Origin: Vermamoeba vermiformis
Taxonomy: Eukaryota
Assembly (NCBI GenBank): GCA_045837725.1
Contig: JBEWZL010000102.1
Location: 186,001 to 250,000, forward strand
Direction: 5' to 3'
Length of the DNA: 64,000 bases
The notes under the pieces were generated by a model that saw only the letters and a program-made list of their open reading frames with translations, made no database searches and was not told where the DNA came from. A program made the translations under genes and the position numbers. This document shows, in pieces, positions 13,084-25,975 of this stretch (positions are counted from its first letter, which is position 1; every line of letters begins with the position of its first letter).

Positions 13084-15443
<2,360 letters not shown>

Positions 15444-15588
15444 AGAGACGTGTTGATACGTAAACGAGTTTATTTAACAATTGTTTCGTACAACGATCGG
15501 TGGCATCAGGTCAGGACTACATCTGCAAAAGATGGTGATTAGAACTGCAATTTAGATGAGTTGCAATGTATAAAAATTAATTATAGTG

Positions 15589-15733
15589 AGTGGTTCGGTG
15601 AATGGATTAGATCCTCTCATAAGTTAGCCGACTCGTCGAACACGCGGGCCAATAAAACATTGGTGATCCGCAGTCTCCGAGTCAGCAGGTCAAGGAGTGT
15701 CAAAAATGCCTTGACATTATCATCATTACCACT
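15589..15733 (-). ncRNA. Intronic box C/D snoRNA, predicted guide for the LSU rRNA U in AUGAAUGGAUUA
   Basis: Terminal stem AGTGGT/ACCACT; box C ATGATGA; D' CTGA; variant D box CCGA preceded by TAATCCATTCA, antisense to conserved LSU UGAAUGGAUUA. Confidence 0.75.
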
Positions 15734-15883
15734 ACTCGTCTGATAGTGTGGTTGTTATCTTTTTTGTACTTACTTGAGTAGTTTTACAAGCCACGACAGA
15801 CAGATGGGAGGAACACCTTTTTTCGCCTATCAAGCAAACAATAAGTATTAGAACATATAAGAAGTAATCTTAATAACTCAATA

Positions 15884-15984
15884 GGCCTGAAGATTTGCGT
15901 TCAGTATTAAAAAGCTCGATTTAGTTCAACACGACGATTTTCAGCGTTGGATTTCAAAGTTTCATCAGAACAAACGTTCAGGCC
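15884..15984 (-). ncRNA. Intronic dual-guide box C/D snoRNA targeting SSU rRNA GUUAAAAAGCUCG and GUUGGAUUUC
   Basis: 8-bp terminal stem GGCCTGAA/TTCAGGCC; box C TGATGA (15962-15967); D' CTGA (15941-15944) after GAAATCCAACG; D CTGA (15901-15904) after CGAGCTTTTTAATA. Confidence 0.85.
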
Positions 15985-16393
15985 CGCTGCGCAATCAATG
16001 CAATAAATTGAATAACTTACATTATGCACTCGGTGAGGGGGTACAAGCTGAGGGCCTTCTTATGTCTAGATCTCGAGGCTGCCCGAGCTGTATCTGGATT
16101 AGCGAAGACAAAACAAAAATAATGTAAATATTGCTTTAATATCGAATATTGCACAGATGTCTTCAGCGGATTTCAAGGAGAGTCCACCTGCTGCTTCTTG
16201 TAGTGCTTTTTTGGGATGGAGATTTGCATCCGATCCAAACAAAAAAAATTTAAATAAAATAAAAATAATTACCTTTAATAGTGCTCTACGTAGTGTAGCT
16301 GGTAGCGTCTATTTCATGAAACACTCTAAATAATTAAAAATAAATATTCGATCGAATCCAAAAAGGAATGATGAAAGAAGCAAAATAAATTAA

Positions 16394-16500
16394 CCCTCAG
16401 CAAGTCAATTATCATCAATAGCTTCCTAGTTCTGTGTGGTGCATGACTACTAGTGTTACTAGTGCAATCATAGGGAATGAACTGTAACACCAGAGGATGT
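16394..16500 (-). ncRNA. Candidate atypical intronic box C/D RNA
   Basis: CCC/GGG stem; degenerate C box ATGATT; C' TGATGA; D box CTGA; internal hairpin; no clear rRNA target. Confidence 0.45.
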
Positions 16501-17001
16501 GCAGGTACTCACCATTTAAGAGACGCTTAGAAGATCAACCACGCCCAAGCATTGTTAGTACTTGTGTGATGTTCATATGAGGATGATGGAAGATAATGAG
16601 GCGGCAGAAATGAAGAGAAGAGGTAGGAAGGAAAGGAAAAAAAAAGAAAAAGAAAAAAAAAAGAAAAAAAATAAGGAACCGGTCACTTTAGCCCCTTATC
16701 TAAATATTCGCTCATATCCAAAGTAACAGGTTACTGATTATCAATCGACGCCCAATGTACAGAGGACGTAAATTGCGTAAATTTGATCTGTCGCGGCTTA
16801 AATCGTCCATTAGCCCAGATTCTGTCAAACAATTCACATCTCAGCATGTAGCAATGTGTCGATCAATCGCGAGCTGAAAACTTGTTCAATTAACCTAATT
16901 TGGGAATGATGGGCCTTTGTCTCGCGCGACTGCGATTTACATAAATTCGGCCGAACCTTTCACTCCTATTTCAACCATTTATTGCAATTAAGGCACCACT
17001 G

Positions 17002-18300
17002 ATGACGTCGCGAACTTCGTGGAATCCATCCGACAATCTGCGCACAACACCGGTCATTTTAGATCCGGATTACTTAGCTTTGACAGTGCTAGTGACCTTT
17101 GTGTACCAAGCAGTATTTTATTTTATTGCAGCGGTATGCAAGTTCGATAAGGTCACAGATTTTGTAAGTATCTAATAAATTTAGAGAATAATTTCAGTTT
17201 TAATCGCATTTATCGGAGACCCGAGAGGGTTTAATCTCGTTCCATCGGAACAAAAATTAACCAAAATACTAACGTCTATCGTATAGTCCTATGGCACAAA
17301 CTTCATAGTCCTGGCAATTCTCACCTTCTTTTTGAATCAAACTTACTACATCCGTCAAATTATTCTCACCGGCCTCGTAACTATTTGGGCAATCAGATTA
17401 GGAGGCTTCTTATTGGTGCGCATTATTGCCATTGGTCAAGACAAAAGATTTGATGGCATGCGCGAAAAGCCGTTGCAGTTTTTACGATTTTGGATCTTCC
17501 AGTTCATTTCGATTTGGGTGATCTACTTGCCCATGTGCTTTGTTAACGCAGAGTACTACGATACTGCACTACAATGGAACGATTACTTTGGTTGGGGTCT
17601 CTGGCTCATCGGTTTCTTAATCGAGACGATTGCAGATCAGCAGAAGTTCAATTACCGACAAGACCCCAAGAACAAAGACCACTGGTGCGACGTCGGTGTT
17701 TGGTCGTGGAGGTAAGGGCATGTGATATTAAGAGCCTGCAGATACTAACAGTGTTGGCCAGTCGTCACCCCAACTACTTTGGCGAGATGTTGTGCTGGAT
17801 CGGTATCTGGGCCAGTGCAGCGTCCATTCTCGTGCTCGGTGAATGGGCCTCAGTGGTCAGTCCGCTCTACATCATCAACATCTTGTTGTTCCTCTCGGGC
17901 CTCAATCGACTTGAGCGCAGTGCTGATGACAAGTACGTGACTTGATGTTGATGCATTATCTCTTGCATTCCTCGCCCTGACGCCTGTCAACTGACACTTG
18001 CCTAATTAGGTATTGGAACAACGACGAGTACCGTCGCTACAAGAAGAGCACCAGTCCCATCATCTTGTGTCCTCCTCCACTCTATCGCGCACTCGCCAAA
18101 GCTCTCAAGTGCATTGTCTGCTGCGAGTTCCCGCTGTACACATTGTCACCCGGTACGTAGCGATGCAGATAGAATATATAAGTATACATCATAGTTGTGA
18201 TCATACTGACATGCACTCAGAAGAGAAAAAGAAGTTGGACGACAAGAAGCGCAGTGAAGAACGACGATTGGAAGAGGGCCGCAGCAGTGAGAACTCGTAG
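17002..18300 (+). CDS. DUF1295 / steroid 5-alpha-reductase-like membrane protein
   Basis: DKVTDF, WAIRLGGFL..RI..G.DKRFD, ETIADQQKF, GVWSWSRHPNYFGE motifs; multiple TM segments. Confidence 0.9.
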
Positions 18301-18576
18301 ATGTGTCCATGAGACTAATGAAAGGACTAATGGAAGGACTATGGAGGCTTATATATAGCTGCATTAGTAATAGCAACTGAGCTCTAGTTCTATCAAACAA
18401 ATCAATTGTATATACGCAATAATTAATGTAAATAACCCGATTCATATTCCCCTTTTCTCATAATTATACCTACATCGTATAGTCACAAGTATAGCAGTGC
18501 TTAGGAGTACAAGAGTTATTTTATCTCATCGCAGTACAGGCATGAAATGGAGTTACTAATGCCGTTGCATATATAT

Positions 18577-19219
18577 TTAGTTGTCGCCATATTGGCCACC
18601 AGAAGGCTTCCAGTTCGAAGAGGTCTCCAAAGTGCTGTCACCTTGCGATTGCACTGCGCCAGCTGATTTGTGCGAGTCAATGCTGTTACCAAATCCGTAG
18701 CCCTTAGGTCCAATCAAGCTACCGTAGCAACTGCCAATCACCGATAAATATATTGCGCGCATCAAGCACTAATATAGTTCTATTAGACTTACCCCTTGCA
18801 GTAGGGCTGTTCAGCGTGTTCGAGCACATTACCAGCGGCTAACAGCTTGTTGCAAGCAGTGCACTTCAAGCTGCATTAATGTTAGCACTTCATTTGATAC
18901 ATGTAATATGGTCAGTGTATTACCAGAGCTTGTGGTAGTCTTTGCCGAGAGCGGATACACGTTCAGCGAAATAAACGGTCTTGGCGCACCTAAAATTCAA
19001 ATTAATTCAAAAAATATTATTAAACGATATAATAATAAGATTTGGTATTAATTGTAGAGTTCAGTAACATTTTTAAATTGGAGGAGAAATAAAAGATTTT
19101 TGGGAGATAAATGACGAGGTAAATTTCCACTCGCCGGTATGAGCGAGTACTAGTACGCTCGATATGATATAATATGCTTACTTGGGGCACTTGGGGTTAC
19201 CTCCTCCAACCTTGTTCAT
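18577..19219 (-). CDS. Small LIM-domain cysteine-rich protein (CRIP/CRP type)
   Basis: Spliced [35 protein letters not shown]...PYCK..CYG..IGPKGYGFG. Confidence 0.9.
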
Positions 19220-19464
19220 TGTGTTTGTGTCGATGTATTTAGGTTAATGAAATTTTAATGCGCTTGTCAATTATGACGAGTTGTCCCTATTGTGACGCAA
19301 AGAATTGTCGTGGTACGTGCAGTCAATGGAGTGTATAGCTGAGCTAAGTCGCTTATTCAACCGAAACAATCCTTCATCAGTTACCTAACGGAGTATCGTG
19401 GAATTTTCATCGTCTCAATAATTTGTTTATTTTACAACCGAGGCGCAAACATAGCTCTGCCAAG

Positions 19465-21694
19465 ATGATGAACCCCACGAAGAATGTAATTAAATACTTG
19501 ATACGGTTGACAATAGGTATTATTAACAGATCCGTTTGTAGTTCAAAGGCGTCAAGCTGTATTTCCGCAATGAATATCAGGACTTTTATTCGATCGTAGG
19601 CACGCTTGTATTAACTGATTTCGAAGCATTGTTCTATTCTGACGATGGCAAGCGAGACATGCAGGTAATAGCTCCATCTGCCAAAAATAATTTCAAAAAT
19701 ATTGATTCTAATTCACACCCATTTTTATTATCATCAGGCGACATTTCATAGCGTAGATCTTGTAGATAGAAATACCAAGAATTTTATATTCGTTTTTTTC
19801 AAAGATTTCCAGCAGTGGGTCATGAGCTGCGAGGACGCAGTGTTTCCAGATCTGCTTTTAGCGTGGAAAGAGAAGACACATTCAGCTGGACAATATTATA
19901 AGACTAATGGTGAATACGACACCTCAAAAATATTCGCATTTAATTACAGATCACCGGAGCTTATTGAAGAAGACGGATGGAGCATTTATGATGCGGTGAG
20001 TGATAGCCGAGGCAACTACAATAGCATTTAATTGATTGTCAATACTATCGCAGCGAAATGAATACCAACGCATGTTTACGACCCTCACGATTGAGAACAA
20101 AGAATTGCGATGGAAAATCAGCAATGTGAACGAGCAGTACGATGTAAGTGGATCTGACGCATCTACTAGCTTGCAGTTCAATATGACAACTCTTATATTC
20201 TCGTAGTTATGTCCCTCGTATCCGGCGCACATTGTATTGCCGAGCGAGTTCGAAGACGCTGATTGGCGCAAGGCCACGGAATTTCGCGATGCGTCACGTG
20301 CTCCTGCTGTCTCGTGGATTGGCTCCCACGGCCGTGCTATTTTGAGATGTGCACAGCCCTTGCCCGGCAGACTCGGCCTGGGTCGATCACCGCAAGACGA
20401 ACGACTGCTGACGCTGGCCAGTCAGGGCGCAGCACTCGCGATTGTCGATGCACGCAGCAGACAAAATGCGTGGGCCAATCAGGTCAAAGGCGCAGGATTT
20501 GAACGACAAGAAAACTACGGTGTAAGTGTCAAGTGCAGCACTGTCGTTGACTGCTCGTTGACACGTGTCACAGGGATGTCAAGCAGAGTTCATCGGCATT
20601 GAAAACATTCACGTGATGCGCGACAGTCTCGAGAAGTTGCAGCTGTTGTGTCGCACTGTGAACAAACACAACGCGAGCTGGTGGAACAAACTCGAAGCGA
20701 CCAATTGGATGCGCCACATTCACGGTACGCGTGTCAGTCCTGCCTCTTGTGCGTACTCACTGCTGATTTAGATGTGTTGCGCGGAGGTGCAAAGATTGCG
20801 CAATTAGTCCGCACTGGCACTACGACACTCGTGCACTGCAGTCACGGCTGGGACCGCACCGCACAGCTCGTAGCCCTGGCACAGCTGTTGCTCGACCCTT
20901 ACTACCGCACTATTCGCGGCTTTGAGCAGCTGATTGAAAAAGAGTGGTGCTCCTTCGGCCACAGATTTGAACACCGCTGCGGTCACTTGCGACACTTGGA
21001 TCCGACCACTGACAGCAACGAGAGCTCACCGATCTTCATGCAGTTCATCGACGCAGTGTGGCAAGTCATGACGCAGTTCCCCGATCAGTTTGAGTTCAAC
21101 GACAAGTTCTTGCTGACCGTGCTCGAACACGTCTATTCGTGTCGCTTTGGCACCTTCTTGTTCGACACTGAGCGTGAACGACGCGCAGCTGATGTGCAGA
21201 GCCTTACTGTGTCGCTGTGGAGCTACATGAATCACTCCTCGCGCCTGCACAGCTTTGTCAATCCGTTCTACAGTCGACTCAAGCTGCGCGACTACTTGCC
21301 CTTCGACTGCGCGCCAAACAAATTGATCTTCTGGGCTGCGCTGTACTGTCGCCACGAATACACTGAGACACCACTCGCACGCCTGACAGTGCGCGTGAAG
21401 ACAATGAGCGAAGACCAGCAGCTGTTGCAAGAGCAGTTGAAGCGTGCCGTGTTGGAGTCGTTCAACTTGAAGCAGTCGTTTGACAAGGAGCGCGAGCAGT
21501 TGTTGCAGCGCATTCGACAGCTAGAGGGCAAGGAAGAGCCGAACAGTGCGAAGAAGAGTCACGCGAGCGATGAGAGCAGCAATAGGACGAGTACTAGCCC
21601 GAGCAACGAGGCTGTGAGTGAAGTGCAGAGCACATCTGACGCAACCACCGCAGAACCAGCACCCACGAACAGTACTGCTAGCGATGCGTCATAG
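19465..21694 (+). CDS. Myotubularin-family phosphoinositide phosphatase
   Basis: LCPSYP, RCAQP, IENIHVMRDSL, VHCSHGWDRTAQ, LDPYYRTIRGF, SPIFMQFID; C-terminal coiled coil. Confidence 0.93.
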
Positions 21695-21814
21695 CGCACA
21701 AATTGAATAAAATAATTGTACAGTAAACACTCGTATGGCGTATATCTTCCTTATTCTCGACTCGGCCCAGCTAAAAACATTTGTTAAGGATCTGATCACC
21801 ACAGGACCCATCGA

Positions 21815-23123
21815 ATGGAGGCTATTACGTTCGAGCCTCCAAAATCAAAATTGACCGTGCAAACATCTACACTTAGCGATCGAGCAATACACCGCCTAAT
21901 ACTCGAACATCATTTCAATCATAAAGTACATCCGCTGCTACTGGTCAAATAATTCAATATTTATCAGATTATATTTAGGTTGAAATATTTGTACCGTTTG
22001 ATGCCAAATCATTGACCGTACCACAGCCAATAGAGGACAAAGAATTTTTTTATCACTTGCGATCTGATCTGTCGTTTTTGTTTGACGCTAAATTCATCGC
22101 GGAATATATCAAAAAAGGTAATTATAACAGGTTGTATCAAAATTAACATTTTTATTCATTCTGTTGCAGGGGATCTGTACCTGCTCAGTGTGGGCAGTTG
22201 GCTGGACAGTGGCAATGTGTTGAGTGTGCAGCACGGTCAGTTGACACTTGCAGTTGACCGTCAGACATATTTGCAGCTCGGCATTGAGGGCCAGAAGAGC
22301 ACGCTGCGGGACAACAGCGAGCGGTACTGGATCACACTGGCACTCAACAGCGAGCACTTCACACCTGGCTCCAATTACTACGAGCGCATTCGTTGGTGTC
22401 TCACGGAGCGCATTGGACCCTGTGAGCTAGTGCTGACGTGGTGCGATGACGGTAAGTCACGTGATTTGGTTTGCAGCCCTGGTTGATGACCTGCAACAGA
22501 GGGGCATGTCAAACCTGTCAACGTGTCAAACATGACGCTCACCCCGCGACAACTGCGCGTGTCACAACAACTGTTCGAACCCCTCGCGATACCTCATCAC
22601 GTGACACCTTCCAAAAAAGGAAATGATCCGAACAATGACAACGAACACCTGCTGCAGCTGCACGAATGGCTCGGCGCATTGTCGTGTCGCGCACTTGAGT
22701 AAGATGACTCGCACACACCTATATGCACATAGCTCTATACTCACCCTCGCTAGTTGCTGCACTACCGCTCAGCCTGAGTTCGATCCGTTTGTCGCCGCGT
22801 ATTCGCACGATTTGACTACAACGAGTGCGCGTGGTGTGAGCTACACATACAGCGGTCTGATTACACCTGCTTTCATCATGCGACTGATAGATCACTTCAA
22901 GTGAGTATTATGCAGCTGTTTGAGCCATTCTAACTGTTGCAGAGCCCACATCCCGCTTGAGTGGATCGCATTGTCAGCGTGGGGCTATGAAGACGCACCA
23001 GTATCATGGGGCAATCATGAACATGGCTATCACTGTGCAGGCGACAATGACTACTGCTTAATTATCGACAAATCACTCGCTGTGACAGCTTTTATCACCA
23101 CCGGCATGGATGCATATTCTTGA
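21815..23123 (+). CDS. RPP40: RNase P/MRP subunit Rpp40
   Basis: HHFNHKV; LTLAVDRQTYLQLGIEG; LHEWLGALSC; C-terminal WIALSAWGYEDAPVSWGNHEHG...GDNDY. Confidence 0.85.
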
Positions 23124-23202
23124 TTTTAACATCTGCGAAGAACAATAAACAGCCTTGTATTATAGCAACATTGTAAGAGTTGTACCACACAGTTCAATAT
23201 AC

Positions 23203-24175
23203 ATGGATACTGAAGGAGATTGGGGCTTGTTTATCAATCAAAAGTAAGTCTGATCTTAGGTAAATCCTATTCTCAAACACCGGCGGGAAAAATTATCAAA
23301 AAATATTATCGAAATTTATGCCGAGTCAGGAAACAGGGCTAATTAATTCATCGATTTTTGGATCGTGATCTGACAACCAAAATTCCTTCAGATACATCAG
23401 TAAGAAGTTTACGTTCGGCAAGAAAACCATAGAACTGCTCGATCTTGACCCAGGCGTAGATTGGGACGTAACTGGACAAGTGGTGTGGACTGGCGCTGAG
23501 ATCCTGTCGCAGTACTTCGCTGAACAGATTGAAGGACCAGATCCATTCTTTGCGCCCGATAACTTGCAGCAGCTATCAGTCCTGGAGCTGGGCAGTGGAC
23601 CCGGCCTATGTGGTCTATATATGGCGCAGTATTGTCGCAAAACAGTGTTGTCCGACTGCGATGAAATCGTGTTGGATCTGCTCAAAAAGAACGCCAAGAT
23701 CAACGAGCACGGTGAGACAAGCATATTGTGCACTATATATATATATATTCTAACGCCCTAATAGAGGGCCACGAGATTATCTGCGCACCACTGCGCTGGG
23801 GCGTGGATGTGACACCGCTCCAAGAGGCGAGCAAGACTACAGAGTTTGAACTCATCTTTGGCTCAGACATTGTCTATTCAGTGTACGTACTAGCACTTGT
23901 GACTAACGTCCCTAATCGTTTGTGCCAGTAACTGGCAGGAGTCGATCATACCGCTCTGGAAGACAGTGGATCAGCTGCTCAGCCACTCACCACGTGCGCG
24001 CTTCATCGTCTGCTATCAAGAGCGCGCAGCAGCAACCACAGAGTACTTGCTGCGACTGGCGACTGAACACCACTTCAGTGCCGCAGTGATCGATGGCACA
24101 CACTATCTCGCGCACTGTTCGATCCCCACGCATCGCGACATCAAGTTCTTTGTCTTCACGCGCACTGTGCAGTGA
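23203..24175 (+). CDS. Seven-beta-strand protein methyltransferase (Methyltransf_16 / METTL21-like family)
   Basis: TGQVVWTGAEILS, VLELGSGPGLCG, LSD, LRWG, IFGSDIVY motifs. Confidence 0.88.
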
Positions 24176-24217
24176 ATGTTGTTATTGAATTATATAATAC
24201 ATTTGTAATATACGCCA

Positions 24218-25372
24218 TCACTGTGCAGGCTGATTGTTGTTGTTGAGATAGCCCACGAGCAGTTGCAGCTGTTCGGGCGTGGAGTCAGGTGCAGGGATCA
24301 CTTGCGGCAGGACCAGTGCTTGACCTGCACCCTCGCCTAACGAGGTCACTTTGGTGCGTGCTCCACCTGACTGGTCTTGTCGTTGCGTGGTCTGATCTAA
24401 TGCGAGTGACACGTGTCAGCATTCATCACGTGACATGCAGCCAGGCTGACAACTTATGTGCAGCCAATCACGTACCGATCAGCGGTGTGAAGCGCACTGT
24501 GCCCAGATCTTTCACGGTGATTTCACCGCCCGGCAGCTTGTCCACTTGCAGGTAGCGGTGGAAGGCAGTGCTGGGACCAACAGGCAGCAACAATCGACCG
24601 CCCTCGCGCAGCTGATCTACCAGGGCACGCGGTATCTCTGCAGCCGCGGCACCGACGTAAATAGCGTCGTAGGGACCATGCTCACTCCACCCTGCAAAGC
24701 CATCGCCCGCTGCACTGAGGATTAGTGGCAGTGCCTAGATCACGACGTACTGACCTTTGATGGTGATGCGCGAGACAATGTTCGGATCTGCTGTTTGAAT
24801 ATTTGCGTGCGCTTGATCAACGAGCTCTGCAATGTGTTCGACGCCGTAGACGTGTCCTGTAGGACCGACCAGATGGGCAAAACACGCGCACATGTAGCCT
24901 GAACCCGCGCCAACATCTAAGACACGAGCACCTGGCTTAATGACTTCGCTCAATATTTCCAGACCAATTGCGTGCTGTGGAAATAATAATAATTAAATTT
25001 CAAAATTGAATACGCGTTCAGCTAAACAAAATCACTCACCATATGGGGTGCACTCAATGTTGCGTTGAACCCTTCATAATTATAACGCTTAATATTGAGT
25101 ATTTATGGCATAGAAATCATACCGATCGGCTGTGCTTTATCCTCATAAGGCTCATCTTGTCCTTGCACGTAACGAGCTCGATCGACTTTCAACATCGCTG
25201 TTTCAACAGCACTCGATTGAATATGACGCTTTTCCTTTAAATAAGCCACCAGGCGAGCGTTGCTGCGGATCCTCTTGTCACTCTTCGTTCCGACAGAGAG
25301 GTACAGGATCGCACCAACCGTCGATGCTGCAGCTACAGGCACTATATACCTAATGTACTTTGACCAATCCAT
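24218..25372 (-). CDS. PCMT1: Protein-L-isoaspartate O-methyltransferase with N-terminal hydrophobic segment
   Basis: MLKVDRARY, PYEDKAQPIG, ATLSAPHMHA, VLDVGAGSGY, PYDAIYVGAA, LREGGRLLLP. Confidence 0.9.
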
Positions 25373-25545
25373 AGCGATGGGATCAGGTGTGTTGCAGATG
25401 CGGAAGTAAATTTCAAAAATGAACACTGCCCACCATGCCTGCTACCACTTACTTAGCTGCACCCGAACTACTCTGGGCTGGGTAAGATGAAGGTGGATAA
25501 CGGTCATAAAGACGAGAAAGTCGCGCAACGCTTTTGCTTCAACGC

Positions 25546-25586
25546 TCCCACAATAATATTTTTACGATGGCAGCGGAGCTATAACA
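25546..25586 (+). promoter_or_regulatory. U6 copy 2 promoter: DUSE-like TCCCACAA at -67 and GCTATAAC at about -35
   Basis: Same motifs and near-identical spacing as upstream of U6 copy 1. Confidence 0.65.
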
Positions 25587-25612
25587 CGGTGGTTACGATC
25601 TACTCAACAATT

Positions 25613-25633
25613 GACCTCTTCGGAGGTCATCTG

Positions 25634-25666
<33 letters not shown>

Positions 25667-25717
25667 GGCCCCTGCGCAAGGATGACACGCAAAATCGAGA
25701 AGCTGTCAACTTTTTTT
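25613..25717 (+). ncRNA. RNU6: U6 spliceosomal snRNA, copy 2
   Basis: Sequence identical to 10731-10835, including the ACAGAGA box and oligo-T terminator. Confidence 0.98.
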
Positions 25718-25975
25718 TTGCTTTTTTGCCTCGAGAGGACTTGAGGTTGCGATCCGCCTGATCTTGCATCATCAAACTAGCACCGCTCACAAACGAAGGG
25801 TATTTGTGGTCTGCAGTCGAATTAGACCGAGGTGCAACGGGTTACATTAGGAAACAAAACCACGTGCCCGCCAGATTCATTCTCGTCACAGTCTGTTTGC
25901 TGCACACCTCATTACAACACTTCAATCACATATATGCAAATAACCATCTAATCATAGTACACAGTAACCTACCAG

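Larger units (their letters stand above)
15460..16640 (-). ncRNA. Putative non-coding spliced snoRNA host gene (five short exons, four introns)
   Basis: Pyrimidine-rich 5' region at about 16590-16675; GT-AG introns 16512-16309, 16272-16094, 16020-15827 and 15773-15523; exons 36-130 nt with no convincing ORF; AATAAA near 15470; introns hold C/D snoRNAs. Confidence 0.7.
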
